This document shows, in pieces, positions 48,809 to 58,512 of a DNA stretch of 64,000 nt. The stretch's first letter is position 1; every line of letters starts with the position of its first letter. The notes below the pieces were generated by a model. The model was not told where the DNA came from, made no database searches, and saw only the letters and a program-made list of their open reading frames with translations. The stretch is from an uncultured Myxococcales bacterium. Lineage in GTDB: Bacteria; Myxococcota_A; Polyangia; JAHFDS01. The DNA is taken from positions 17,389 to 81,388 of the forward strand of contig CAZQJC010000017.1 of the NCBI GenBank assembly GCA_964593795.1, given 5' to 3'. The translations under genes were made by a program, and so were the position numbers.

Positions 48809-49477
48809 CTACGAGGCGAAGAGGGGCAGCGCGCCAGTGTGCTCGCGGGCGCCTTCGTCGAGAGCGCCCGACGACTTGAGCGCGCGCACCAGACGACGCA
48901 GCGCGCGTGCCTCGCGACGCCCCTCGGCATCGAGCGAGACCCCGAAGCCGCTCGACGGCGCGCCGGTGCGCTGCCACGCGACGCGACCGTGCACCGCGAG
49001 CGCTGCGTGCGTGCCCGGCATGAGCTCCACCATGACCGGCGTACGCGTCGGCAAGAGGAACGGCGTGCGGATGAAGAGCCCGGCCGTGCTGAGATCCTCG
49101 GTGACCCCCTCGGTGCAGCCGCCGCCCTCCGCCTCGCAGAAGCGGACGGACACGCGCAGCGGGAACCGGCGGTGCCGCCGGGCGCGGTCACCGTGCGCCT
49201 CGCCCCGGGCGGCCGCGAGCATGTAGTCCCGCTTGCTGCGCTCGCTCGGCAGGAGGCGAACGTGAAGCCGGGGCTGCCCGTCGGAGGCCGCGCCGTCCGC
49301 GCGCCCTCGCAGGAGCACCCGCCCGGGCAGCTCGGGGAAGCTCACCTCGACGACGAGCGGCTCGTCGGCCTGGGGCCGTGCGCGGGTCGGCACGATCAGG
49401 GCGCCGAAGGTGGCGCTCGCATCGTAGTGCTCGAGCAGCGCCAGGCCACTCGGGAAGCGTGCGAGCAGGATCCTCAT
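48809..49477 (-). CDS. PilZ-domain (c-di-GMP-binding) protein
   Basis: RRHRRFPLRV (RxxxR) and DLSTAGLFIRT (DxSxxG) PilZ signatures; located downstream of pilD. Confidence 0.7.
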   Translation of the reverse strand: MRILLARFPSGLALLEHYDASATFGALIVPTRARPQADEPLVVEVSFPELPGRVLLRGRADGAASDGQPRLHVRLLPSERSKRDYMLAAARGEAHGDRARRHRRFPLRVSVRFCEAEGGGCTEGVTEDLSTAGLFIRTPFLLPTRTPVMVELMPGTHAALAVHGRVAWQRTGAPSSGFGVSLDAEGRREARALRRLVRALKSSGALDEGAREHTGALPLFAS

Positions 49478-49575
49478 CTATGAAAACAGTAATCCAAGAT
49501 GCGAATGCCAGCAAGGGTGAAAGAGAAGATAATATAGTAATTTCGAATACTTGTAATAAGTGTGGGGCGTCTTAC
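49478..49575. promoter_or_regulatory. AT-rich island (~55% AT) in a ~70% GC genome, between the pilD stop and the PilZ gene start
   Basis: ctatgaaaacagtaatccaagatgcgaatgccagcaagggtgaaagagaagataatatagtaatttcgaatacttgtaataagtgtgg, read directly; contains TAATAT/TATAGT -10-like hexamers and repeated agtaat. Confidence 0.3.
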
Positions 49576-49606
49576 CCCCATTGCGTGCCAGGGGGTCCCA
49601 AGGGGA

Positions 49607-50431
49607 TCAGAAGCCGCGGGAGAGGAGCGCGAGGACGCTGGTGGCGAGCCGCTCGGGGCCGATGAGCAGCACCTCGAGCGTGCCGAGCGCGAGGAAGGGC
49701 CCGAAGGGGACCTCCGTCCGCGCGACCGAGCGAACGTGGCCGCGGCGACGGGCGAGGGAGAGCAGTGGCACCGTGACGAGGAGGCCCTGGAGCGATCCGA
49801 AGATGATCACCCACGGCAGCGCGCGGGCCCCGAGGAACGCCGCGACGACGGCGAGCAGCTTGCCGTCGCCGAGCCCGAGCCCCGCGCGGCCGCGCAGCTT
49901 CTCGTAGACCCGCGCGAGGAGCCAGACGAGCGCGTACCCGAGGACCGCCCCGCCGAGCCGCTCGGGCCAGGGCGCGACGTCGATCGCGAAGCCCGCGGCG
50001 AAGAAGACCGGGATGCCGGGCAGCGTGAGGGCGTCGGGGATGATCTTGAGCTCGAGGTCGATCGCCGACATCACGACGAGCGAGAGCACGAAGGCGAACT
50101 CGGCGAGGTACGCGAGCGAGCCCGGGTGCCGCTGCCAGAGGACGAGCGAGAGCCCGGCGACGAGCGCCTCGAGGATCGGGTATCGGGCGGAGATACGCGT
50201 CTTGCAGATCCGGCAGCGCCCGCCGAGCACGGCGTACGAGAGGACCGGGACGTTGTCGTACCAGGCGATCGGCTCGCCGCACGCGGGGCAGTGCGAGCCG
50301 GGCCAGGCGAGCGACCCGCCGCGCGGGATGCGGTGCACGCAGACGTTGGCGAAGCTGCCCCACACGGCGCCCCACCAGACCGCGATGAACTGGCCGAACA
50401 GGGGCGGCAGCGGCAGGGGCACCGTCCCCAC
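49607..50431 (-). CDS. pilD: Prepilin peptidase / N-methyltransferase (type IV leader peptidase, A24 family)
   Basis: N-terminal CxxC...CxxC zinc site (CPACGEPI...CRICKTRI), eight TM helices, conserved catalytic Asp regions. Confidence 0.8.
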   Translation of the reverse strand: MGTVPLPLPPLFGQFIAVWWGAVWGSFANVCVHRIPRGGSLAWPGSHCPACGEPIAWYDNVPVLSYAVLGGRCRICKTRISARYPILEALVAGLSLVLWQRHPGSLAYLAEFAFVLSLVVMSAIDLELKIIPDALTLPGIPVFFAAGFAIDVAPWPERLGGAVLGYALVWLLARVYEKLRGRAGLGLGDGKLLAVVAAFLGARALPWVIIFGSLQGLLVTVPLLSLARRRGHVRSVARTEVPFGPFLALGTLEVLLIGPERLATSVLALLSRGF

Positions 50432-50493
50432 CGTAGCACGCGCGGACGCGGTGGCCTGGCGGCGTTGACACGCCCCCGGGGCTCCGCTAACCC

Positions 50494-51357
50494 ATGCACG
50501 TGGTCCGCGTGACGATCGCGCGCTTGTCGCTCCTCGCAGCGCTCGTGGGCGGCTGCGGCGGGGCCAAGCAGAAGGTCGCGGGCGCAGCGCCCATCGACGT
50601 GGCGGCGGCGATGAAGTCGCTCGCGGCCCTGGCGGTGCCCGCGGCCATGCCGGCCCACGAGCTCGCCAGCCGGAGCGGTGGCGTCGTCTTCGACGACAAG
50701 CTCTCGCTGCGCGTCCGATCCGAGGGCCGCGAGATCGAGACGCTCGACGAGCGCGCGCGGATCCAGGCCGGCAAGCAGGGCGACTTCACGTTCTCGCAGG
50801 AGAACTCGCGCGACCTCGGGCGGGTCGTGACCTCGGTGGGCGGCAAGCTCTACGTGCAGATGCGCTACGGAGCCACGATCGAGCGGCGGCCCGAGCACGG
50901 AGAGGCGGCGCGGCTGCTCGACGACGCGGGGGACCTCTTGCCCGCGACGTTCCGGCTGCTCGAGGCGTTCCTCGAGGTGACCGACGGCGGCGCCGCCGAG
51001 GTCGCGGGGCGCCCGGTGCGCAAGGCGCGGCTCGGCCTCTCGAAGAGGCCTCGCGAGGTCGTCTCGCTCGGCGCGCAGCAGGCGTGGCGCCAGCGGCTGC
51101 AGGTGGCGTCGGTCGAGGGCGAGATCCTGCTCGACGCGCAGACCGGGCTCGCGCTCGGGGCGCACGTCGAGGCGCGCTACCGCTTTCCTCGCGAGAAGAG
51201 CGAGGCCGAGGCGAGCCTGATCCTGGATCGGAAGGTAGAGTCCGTGGGACAAGAGCCTGCGATCGTGGCGCCGGCAGACGTCGTGGCGACGCCGCGGCGT
51301 GCCCGCTACGAGCCCGAGCGGCGCCAGCTCCTGCGCGGCCTCGAGGGGGCGCCGTGA
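50494..51357 (+). CDS. Lipoprotein, unknown function
   Basis: MHVVRVTIARLSLLAALVGGC lipobox; 287 aa. Confidence 0.55.
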   Translation: MHVVRVTIARLSLLAALVGGCGGAKQKVAGAAPIDVAAAMKSLAALAVPAAMPAHELASRSGGVVFDDKLSLRVRSEGREIETLDERARIQAGKQGDFTFSQENSRDLGRVVTSVGGKLYVQMRYGATIERRPEHGEAARLLDDAGDLLPATFRLLEAFLEVTDGGAAEVAGRPVRKARLGLSKRPREVVSLGAQQAWRQRLQVASVEGEILLDAQTGLALGAHVEARYRFPREKSEAEASLILDRKVESVGQEPAIVAPADVVATPRRARYEPERRQLLRGLEGAP

Positions 51358-52073
51358 GCCCGCGCGAGCCCGAGCTCGTCGTGGCCGTGCCCGAGGACGA
51401 GGCCGGCGCGCCCGCGCGGTCGGGGGTGCCCGAGGGCGTCCTCGCCGGAGCGCTCCTCGCGGGGACCGTGGCGCTCCTGCCGGTGCCGCTCCTCGACGAC
51501 CTCGCGGTGGCGGGCGTGCGAAGGCGCCTCGTCTCGTCGCTCGCCCGCGCGCGCGGCGTCGACCTCGAGAGGCCGGCGCTCGAGGCCCTTGCAGCGGCGC
51601 CGGCCCCGGGGCGCGCGGGGGGCCTCGTCGGATCGGCGGTGCGGCTCGGGGTGCGCGCCACGCGGTCGCGGCTCTTGCCGGCGTTCCTGCTCGCGCGCGC
51701 GGCGGAGGCCGCGGTGGCGACGTTTCGCCTCGGAGTGGCGTTCGACGCCTACGCCGAGCGGCACCACGTGGGCGGGCGCCTCGGCGTCGCGGATGCCGCG
51801 CGCCTCCACGCGGCGATCCACGCCGAGCCCGCGACGATAGGCCCGCTCTACCGTGCGTTCTCGGCCGCGCTCCGCGGAGGCGTGCGCATCGCGGGCGGTG
51901 CGCCGGGCCGTCTCGCGCGGGCGCTCGGGAGGAAAGACGAGATCGTGGACTTCGCGCCCGGCCTCGTGGAATCCGCACAGCAGACGCTCGAATCCGAGCT
52001 CGGTCGCACGCTGGCCGCCGAGGCGCGGACCATCGAGGACGGCCTCGAGCGGGCGCTCGGAGGCCGCCGATGA
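51354..52073 (+). CDS. Hypothetical protein (Ala/Arg/Leu-rich)
   Basis: GTG 51354 overlaps the upstream stop (GTGA), and its own stop overlaps the proB start (ATGA). Start and coding status are less certain because of the high-GC composition. Confidence 0.45.
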   Translation: MSPREPELVVAVPEDEAGAPARSGVPEGVLAGALLAGTVALLPVPLLDDLAVAGVRRRLVSSLARARGVDLERPALEALAAAPAPGRAGGLVGSAVRLGVRATRSRLLPAFLLARAAEAAVATFRLGVAFDAYAERHHVGGRLGVADAARLHAAIHAEPATIGPLYRAFSAALRGGVRIAGGAPGRLARALGRKDEIVDFAPGLVESAQQTLESELGRTLAAEARTIEDGLERALGGRR

Positions 52074-53155
52074 GACCTGCCCTTCCGGCGATCAAGCGCG
52101 TGGTCCTCAAGGCGGGGAGCAAGATCCTCGCGGAGGAGCTCGAAAGGCGCGCCGCGGAGATCGCCGCCGACATCGCCGCCGCCCGCGCGCGCGGCGTGCA
52201 GGTGGTGTTCGTGACGTCGGGAGCGATCGCGATGGGCGTGCGCAAGCTCGGCCTTGCGGCGCGGCCGGGCGAGCTCGCGGAGCTGCAGGCCTGCGCCGCC
52301 GTCGGGCAGGGCGCGCTCATGCAGACCTACGACCGCGCGTTCGGCGTGCATGGCCTGACCGTCGGTCAGGTGCTCATCACGCACGACGACTTCGGGGCGC
52401 GGGGCCGCTTCCTGTCGGCGCGGCGGACGCTCGAGGCGCTCCTCGCGCACGGCGTCGTGCCCATCATCAACGAGAACGACACGGTCGCGGTCGAGGAGAT
52501 CAAGTTCGGCGACAACGACCTCATCTCCGCGCTGGTCTCGAACCTCGTCGGCGCGGACCTCCTCGTGGCGCTCACCGACGTCGAGGGCCTCCTCGACCCG
52601 GCCGGCAAGCTCGTGCCGTTCGTGCGCGAGGCGAGCGAGGCCGCGCACGCGGACGGCGCCGTCTCGGGCGTGGGCTCGGGCGGCATGGCGTCGAAGGCCC
52701 AGGCCGCGCGCGCCGCGGGGCGATTCGGGGTGCCCACCGTCGTCACCTCGGGCCGCGTGCCCGGGGCGCTCGCGGAGCTGCTCGCCGGCACCGAGCGCGG
52801 CACGCTGTTCGTCGCGGACCCGGGAAAGAAGCTCGATTCGCGCAAGCACTGGATCGCATACGCGCTCCGCCCCGCGGGCACGCTGGTGGTCGACGAGGGC
52901 GCGGCGCGCGCGCTGTGCAGCCAGGGCAAGAGCCTGCTGCCGAGCGGAGTCGTGCGCGTCGAGGGAGACTTCGACGTGGGCGACCCCGTCGCGATCACCG
53001 ACGCGGCGGGACGCGAGCTGGCGCGAGGGCTCTGCGCCTATGCGGCCGGCGACGTGCGCAAGCTCGCGGGCAAGCGGACGAGCGAGATCGAAGCCGCGCT
53101 CGGCTTCCGCGCGGGGGACGAGATCGTGCACCGCGACGACCTCGTGCTGCTATAA
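52070..53155 (+). CDS. proB: Glutamate 5-kinase (with PUA domain)
   Basis: VVLKAGS N-terminus, amino-acid kinase motifs (VFVTSGAIAMG; IINENDTV; GDNDLISA), C-terminal PUA. Confidence 0.9.
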   Translation: MRPALPAIKRVVLKAGSKILAEELERRAAEIAADIAAARARGVQVVFVTSGAIAMGVRKLGLAARPGELAELQACAAVGQGALMQTYDRAFGVHGLTVGQVLITHDDFGARGRFLSARRTLEALLAHGVVPIINENDTVAVEEIKFGDNDLISALVSNLVGADLLVALTDVEGLLDPAGKLVPFVREASEAAHADGAVSGVGSGGMASKAQAARAAGRFGVPTVVTSGRVPGALAELLAGTERGTLFVADPGKKLDSRKHWIAYALRPAGTLVVDEGAARALCSQGKSLLPSGVVRVEGDFDVGDPVAITDAAGRELARGLCAYAAGDVRKLAGKRTSEIEAALGFRAGDEIVHRDDLVLL

Positions 53156-53167
53156 GCTCTCAGGGCC

Positions 53168-54442
53168 TTGAACGTGCGTGATCCACAGGAATTCGAGGCG
53201 ATCGCCGCCACCGCGGCCGGTCGCGCACGCGTCGCCGCGCGGGCGGTCGCCAAGGCCTCGGCCGGGGTGCGGACGCGCGCCATCGAGGGCATGGCACGCG
53301 CGCTCGAGCGCGCCGAGGCCGCCATCCTCGAGGCCAACGCCAGGGACGTCTCGGCCGCCGTGGAGCACGGCACCGCGCCTGCGATGGTGGACCGGCTGCG
53401 GCTCGACGCGGCGCGCCTCGCCAAGATGGCGGCCGCCCTGCGCGAGGTGGCGGCGCAGGCGGATCCGGTCGGCGAGATCGTGGCGAGCTGGCGCCGCCCC
53501 AACGGCCTGCGCGTCTCGCAGCAGCGCCTGCCGCTCGGCGTGGTGCTGATGATCTACGAGTCGCGGCCGAACGTGACGTCGGACGCGGCGGGCCTGTGCC
53601 TGCGCGCGGGCAACGCGGTCGTGCTGCGCGGCGGCTCCGACGCGTTCGCCTCGAACCGCGCGATCGCCGAGGCGCTGCGCACGGCCGTCGTCGAGGCGGG
53701 GCTGCCGGAGGACACGGTCCAGCTCGTCTCGACGACCGAGCGCGCGGCCCTCCTCGCGCTCCTCGCCCGCGGCGACGAGATCGACCTGTGCATCCCGCGC
53801 GGCGGCGAGGGCCTCATCCGCTTCGTCACCGAGCACGCGCGCATGCCCGTCATCAAGCACTACAAGGGCAACTGTCACGTCTACGTCGACGAGAGCGCCG
53901 AGCTCGACATGGCGCTCGCGATCTGCGAGGACGGCAAGGTCTCGCGGCCGGGCGTCTGCAACGCGGTCGAGACGATCCTCGTGCACGAGGCCGCGGCCGA
54001 CGCGTTCCTGCCGAGGCTCGCGGAGCGGTTCGCGCGGCACGGCGTGGAGGTGCGCGCGTGCGATCCCGCGCGGCGGCGCGTCCCGGCCTGGAAGCCCGCC
54101 ACCGACGCGGACTACCACGAGGAATTCCTCGCGCTCGTCTGCGCGCTCAAGGTCGTGCCGTCGATCGACGCGGCCATCGCGCACATCGAGGCGTACGGGT
54201 CCTCTCACACCGAGGCGATCGTGACGCGCGAGCTCGCGGCCGCGCAGCGGTTCAAGGACGAGGTCGGCAGCGCCACCGTGTGCGTCAACGCCTCGACGCG
54301 CTTCGCGGACGGCGGAGAGCTCGGCCTCGGCGCCGAGATCGGCATCTCGACCTCGAAGCTCCACGCGTACGGCCCGATGGGGGCGCTCGGCCTGACGGCG
54401 CTCAAGTTCGTCGTCGAGGGCGCCGGCCAGGTGCGGACGTAG
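53168..54442 (+). CDS. proA: Gamma-glutamyl phosphate reductase
   Basis: TTG 53168 (or GTG 53174) start. Aldehyde dehydrogenase-like motifs (LMIYESRPNV; catalytic C in ATVCVNASTRFADGGE). Confidence 0.9.
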   Translation: MNVRDPQEFEAIAATAAGRARVAARAVAKASAGVRTRAIEGMARALERAEAAILEANARDVSAAVEHGTAPAMVDRLRLDAARLAKMAAALREVAAQADPVGEIVASWRRPNGLRVSQQRLPLGVVLMIYESRPNVTSDAAGLCLRAGNAVVLRGGSDAFASNRAIAEALRTAVVEAGLPEDTVQLVSTTERAALLALLARGDEIDLCIPRGGEGLIRFVTEHARMPVIKHYKGNCHVYVDESAELDMALAICEDGKVSRPGVCNAVETILVHEAAADAFLPRLAERFARHGVEVRACDPARRRVPAWKPATDADYHEEFLALVCALKVVPSIDAAIAHIEAYGSSHTEAIVTRELAAAQRFKDEVGSATVCVNASTRFADGGELGLGAEIGISTSKLHAYGPMGALGLTALKFVVEGAGQVRT

Positions 54443-54474
54443 ACGAAGCAGGAACAGGCGGAGGACGGCAGCGA

Positions 54475-55059
54475 GTGCGCAAGATCAGCAAGCCCAAGAG
54501 CAAGACCAGGAGCACCAAGAGCGCGGGCCTCGGCCCGAAGAAGGCGACCGCGAAGAAGGCGGGCCCGCCCAAGCTGCGGGTGGCGTCGGTGGTCCGCGAC
54601 AAGACCCCGAAGCCGCCGCGGCCGCGCAAGTCCGTCGCCCCCGCCGCGAGGCGCGCGGGCGAGCCGGAGGCGTCGGAGCTGCTCGTGCGCAAGGCGATCG
54701 ACCTCGCGCTCGACAAGAAGGCGTACGTGCCGGTCGTACTCGACGTGCGCGAGCTCGCGGCCTACACGGACTTCGTCGGCATCGTCAGCGGCCGCAGCGA
54801 GCGCCAGGTCGAGGCCATCGCGGACGCGGTGGTCGAGGGCCTCAAGCAGCAGGGCAAGCGCCCGCTCGGCGTCGAGATCGGCAGCCCGCAGCGGACCTGG
54901 GCGCTGCTCGACTACGGCGACTTCGTGCTGCACGTGTTCTTCCACCCGACGCGCGACTTCTACGACCTCGAGAGCATGCTGCAGGAGGCGCCGCGCCTGC
55001 CGATCGAGGTGCCGCCCGAGCAGCGCCACGTGCCCGAAGCCTACGACTACGACGCGTGA
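54475..55059 (+). CDS. rsfS: Ribosomal silencing factor RsfS (Iojap) with Lys-rich N-terminal extension
   Basis: GTG 54475 after a GGAGGA RBS. C-terminal Iojap core (LVRKAIDLALDKKAYVPVVLDVRELAAYTDFVGIVSGRSERQV...DYGDFVLHVF). Confidence 0.8.
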   Translation: MRKISKPKSKTRSTKSAGLGPKKATAKKAGPPKLRVASVVRDKTPKPPRPRKSVAPAARRAGEPEASELLVRKAIDLALDKKAYVPVVLDVRELAAYTDFVGIVSGRSERQVEAIADAVVEGLKQQGKRPLGVEIGSPQRTWALLDYGDFVLHVFFHPTRDFYDLESMLQEAPRLPIEVPPEQRHVPEAYDYDA

Positions 55060-55478
55060 AGCTGCTCGTCCTCGCGGTGGGGCGCATCAAGGAGCGCCAC
55101 TACGCCGACGCGTGCGACGAGTACTGGAAGCGCATCAAGAAGAAGCTCCCGCTCGAGGTCCGTGAGCTCGGCGAGCGTGACGACGTGCTCGCCAGGCGCC
55201 CGCCGCGTCACGAGCTGTGGGTGCTCGACGTCGGCGGCGCGCAGTGGTCGAGCGAGGAGCTCGCCGCGCAGCTCGGCCGCCGCATGCAGCAGGGCACGCA
55301 GGGCATCACCTTCGCGATCGGCGGCGCCGAGGGCTTCGCCCCCGAGGTGCGCGCCGCGGCGACGCTGCGCCTGTCGCTCGGCCCGATGACCCTCGCGCAC
55401 CGCCTGGCGCGCCTCGTCCTCGCCGAGCAGCTCTACCGGGCGCTCACGATCATCGCCGGCGAGCCCTACCACAAGTAG
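55056..55478 (+). CDS. rlmH: 23S rRNA (pseudouridine1915-N3)-methyltransferase
   Basis: SPOUT-fold RlmH: MKLLVLAVGRIKE...ITFAIGGAEGF...LSLGPMTLAHRLARLVLAEQLYRA. GTG start overlaps the rsfS stop. Confidence 0.85.
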   Translation: MKLLVLAVGRIKERHYADACDEYWKRIKKKLPLEVRELGERDDVLARRPPRHELWVLDVGGAQWSSEELAAQLGRRMQQGTQGITFAIGGAEGFAPEVRAAATLRLSLGPMTLAHRLARLVLAEQLYRALTIIAGEPYHK

Positions 55479-55515
55479 CGCGCAACTCCCGCGGCGCCGC
55501 GCCGATAACGGGCGC

Positions 55516-56145
55516 ATGCGCATGCTCGAAGCGTTCCTGGACGTCGTGTATCCACCGGAGTGTGCGGCCTGCGGGGCGGCCGTGCGCCCGAGGGAGTCCC
55601 TTTGCGCGCCCTGCTGGGACACGGTGGAGCCGGCGCCCGCCGGCGGCCCCGGCATCCACGCGCCCTTCGCGTACGGCGGTCAGCTCCAGGTCGCCGTCCT
55701 CCGCTTCAAGATCGTCCCGAGGCCCGACCTCGCCCGCGCGCTCGGGGCGCTCCTCCACCCGGCCGCCCGCGCCCTCGGCGCGCACGCCGACGTCGTGATC
55801 CCGGTGCCCCAGCACCCGCGGCGCCTGCGCGAGCGCGGCTTCGACCACACCCTCGAGCTCGCCCGCGCGTCGGACGCCGGTCGCCCCGTGCGACCGCTCT
55901 GGCTCGAGCGCACGCGTGACACGCCCACCCAGCGTGGCCGCTCGCGCCCGGCCCGCGCCGCCAACGTGGCCGGGGCGTTCGCCGTGCCGGACCGCGTGCG
56001 CGGCCGGCTCGCCGGAGCGCGGGTGCTGCTCCTCGACGACGTGGTGACGACGGGCGCCACCTCGGCCGAGTGCGCCCGCACGCTCCGTGCAGCCGGAGCG
56101 CGCTCCGTGCTCACGCTCGCCCTGGCGCTGGCCGAGGCCCCCTGA
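55516..56145 (+). CDS. ComF-family phosphoribosyltransferase-domain protein
   Basis: N-terminal Cys4 (CAACG...CAPCW) and C-terminal PRTase motif VLLLDDVVTTGAT. Confidence 0.7.
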   Translation: MRMLEAFLDVVYPPECAACGAAVRPRESLCAPCWDTVEPAPAGGPGIHAPFAYGGQLQVAVLRFKIVPRPDLARALGALLHPAARALGAHADVVIPVPQHPRRLRERGFDHTLELARASDAGRPVRPLWLERTRDTPTQRGRSRPARAANVAGAFAVPDRVRGRLAGARVLLLDDVVTTGATSAECARTLRAAGARSVLTLALALAEAP

Positions 56146-56235
56146 CAGGCTCGATCGAAATGCGAGGCCAGGCCCGTCCCGGAGGCGGGCGTGGATCCCG
56201 GGGCGGTCCTCCTGTATAAACCGCAACCTGGCGGC

Positions 56236-56742
56236 ATGGCCAAGCAGAAGACGGGTGCAGCCAAGGGACAGAAGCGGAATGACTCGCCAGAGCGGCGGGT
56301 TCTGGCCAGGAACCGACGCGCGCGCCATGACTATGACTTCGAGGACACCTACGAGGCCGGGCTCGCGCTGCAGGGGAGCGAGGTCAAGTCCCTGCGGGAG
56401 GGCAAGTCGAGCATCGACGACGCCTACTGCGAGTGGCGCCGCGGCGAGGTCTACCTCGTGAACGCGAGCATCCAGGCCTACGCCTACGCGCACGCGCGGA
56501 ACCACGAGCCGATGCGAGCGCGCAAGCTCCTGCTGCACCGCCAGGAGATCGACCGCCTCGGCACCAAGATGCGCGAGCGCGGCTTCTCGCTGATCCCGCT
56601 CGAGCTCTACTTCAAGGGCTCGCACGTCAAGGTGGAGCTCGGCCTCGGCAAGGGCCGCAAGGCGCACGAGAAGCGCGACGCCAAGCGCGAGGCCGAGGCC
56701 CAGCGCGAGGTGCGCGAGGCCATGCGCGGGCACAAACGCTAG
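56236..56742 (+). CDS. smpB: SsrA-binding protein
   Basis: Start at ATG 56236 (MAKQKTG). NRRARHDYDFEDTYEAGLALQGSEVKS...HRQEIDRL... are canonical SmpB motifs. Confidence 0.9.
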   Translation: MAKQKTGAAKGQKRNDSPERRVLARNRRARHDYDFEDTYEAGLALQGSEVKSLREGKSSIDDAYCEWRRGEVYLVNASIQAYAYAHARNHEPMRARKLLLHRQEIDRLGTKMRERGFSLIPLELYFKGSHVKVELGLGKGRKAHEKRDAKREAEAQREVREAMRGHKR

Positions 56743-56762
56743 ATCCGGAAGAGAGAGTATTC

Positions 56763-57659
56763 ATGCTGACGACGACCATCCTCCCCCTCGTCCTCCTCGC
56801 CGCGCCGGCGGCCCCGGCCGCCAAGCCCGTCAAGGGAGCGGTCGAGATCTCGTGGTACGGCCACAGCGCCTTCCTGGTGAAGTCGCCCAAGGGCAAGACG
56901 GTGTTCCTCGACCCGTACCCGCCGATGGCGATCGGCTACCCCGCGATCCCGAAGATGAAGGTCGACGCGATCGCGAGCAGCATCCAGTACCTCGACCACA
57001 CCTACCGCGACTTCGCCCAGGGCAAGCCCAAGGTGATGAGCGCGCTCACGACCGAGAAGCCGTGGGTGTGGAAGGAGCTCAGCGAGACCATCGGCGACAT
57101 CAAGATCCGCAGCGTGCCGGGCACGCAGACCTGCGAGGAGCCGCCCTGCGTCTCGGGGCCGAACGGCATCCTCGTGCTCGACGTGGGCGGCATCAAGGTC
57201 GTGCACCTCGGCAACCTCAACCAGGCGTTGCCCGAGGAGGTGGTCAAGGCGATCGGCCCCGTGGACGTGCTGCTCATCCCGGTCGGCGGCAAGTTCACCA
57301 TCGCGGGCCCGAAGGCCTACAAGGTCAAGCAGCAGCTCGAGCCGAAGATCGCGACCATCCCGATGCACTGGAAGACGGACGTGGTCTCGCTGCCGCTCCT
57401 CAACGACTACAACGACTTCATCGCGGGCCGCACCGGCGTCGTCCGCGCGACGAGCAACAAGTACGTCATCGACCCCAAGCACAGGCCCGAGAAGCCCGAG
57501 ATCGTGGTGCTCGACTGGCACTGGCCGGAGATGAAGGCGAAGATCCGCGCCATGTCCGAGGGCGGCAAGATGATCGTCAAGGACAAGGACGCGCCCAAGG
57601 ACAAGGGCGACGCGCCCAAGGGCGACAAGGGCGCCGCGCCGAAGACCGGCGCGCCGTAG
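56763..57659 (+). CDS. Secreted metal-dependent hydrolase of the beta-lactamase superfamily (UPF0173-like) with Lys/Asp-rich tail
   Basis: Signal peptide MLTTTILPLVLLAAPAAPAA. ISWYGHSAFLV...VFLDPY...DAIASSIQYLDHT are MBL-fold motifs. C-terminal KDKDAPKDKGDAPKGDKG repeats. Confidence 0.65.
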   Translation: MLTTTILPLVLLAAPAAPAAKPVKGAVEISWYGHSAFLVKSPKGKTVFLDPYPPMAIGYPAIPKMKVDAIASSIQYLDHTYRDFAQGKPKVMSALTTEKPWVWKELSETIGDIKIRSVPGTQTCEEPPCVSGPNGILVLDVGGIKVVHLGNLNQALPEEVVKAIGPVDVLLIPVGGKFTIAGPKAYKVKQQLEPKIATIPMHWKTDVVSLPLLNDYNDFIAGRTGVVRATSNKYVIDPKHRPEKPEIVVLDWHWPEMKAKIRAMSEGGKMIVKDKDAPKDKGDAPKGDKGAAPKTGAP

Positions 57660-57692
57660 CCGGCAGACCGGGACACGACGCGCCCTCCGGCG

Positions 57693-58496
57693 TCAGACGC
57701 CGATGAAGAGGCGGTTGCCGAAGTTCCGCTCGAGCGTGCTCGCGAAGATCTTCTGCGCCGCGCGCTCGATGTCGTACTCGACGCGCTTGAACTCGAAGCG
57801 GCGCCGGTCGCTGTCGTAGATCACGTAGCTCGCGCGGTTGTCGTAGTCGCGCGGCTGGCCCACCGACCCCACGCTGATGATGTACTTGTAGCCCGCCCGC
57901 AGCTCGAACTCCGTCGCGACGACCTCGAACACCTCGCCGCCGCCCGGCTGCCCGAGCGTGTCGCCCGCGAGCGCGAAGGCCTTGCACAGGTGCGAGTGCC
58001 CGATGAGCGTCAGGGGCGCGAGGCCCTCCCAGATCGCGAAGCAGGCCTGCGCCTGCTCGGGCGCGAAGATGTACTCGAAGTCCTCGAGGTTGATCGGCGA
58101 GCCGTGGCAGAAGGTCACCGCGTGCTCCGGCGCGCGCACCTCGTACGGCAGCGCCTTGAGCCACTCCATGTTGGACGCCGAGATCTGCCGCGAGTGCAGG
58201 TCGAGCGCGTGCCTGGCGGCGTCGTAGTAGAAGGAGTAATCCATCCGCCCCGCGACCGCCGCGTCGTGGTTGCCGAGGATGGTGTGCTTGACCATCCCGC
58301 GCACGGCGTCGCAGACGTCGTTCGGGCTCGCGCCATAGCCGACGACGTCGCCGAGGCAGATCAGCTCGTCGACCTGATCGCCCTCGAGCGCACGCGCGAC
58401 CGCCTGGAGCGCCTCCAGGTTCGCGTGCACGTCCGAGAAGACGCCGAAGCGCGGCACCGGCTCACAGTAGCAACGGCGGAGGGATGCGTCACGCAT
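57693..58496 (-). CDS. Metallophosphoesterase (calcineurin-like)
   Basis: FGVFSDVHAN, CLGDVVGYG and LGNHD motifs of the metallophosphoesterase family. Confidence 0.75.
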   Translation of the reverse strand: MRDASLRRCYCEPVPRFGVFSDVHANLEALQAVARALEGDQVDELICLGDVVGYGASPNDVCDAVRGMVKHTILGNHDAAVAGRMDYSFYYDAARHALDLHSRQISASNMEWLKALPYEVRAPEHAVTFCHGSPINLEDFEYIFAPEQAQACFAIWEGLAPLTLIGHSHLCKAFALAGDTLGQPGGGEVFEVVATEFELRAGYKYIISVGSVGQPRDYDNRASYVIYDSDRRRFEFKRVEYDIERAAQKIFASTLERNFGNRLFIGV

Positions 58497-58512
58497 TTAT
58501 TGCGCGTAACCC

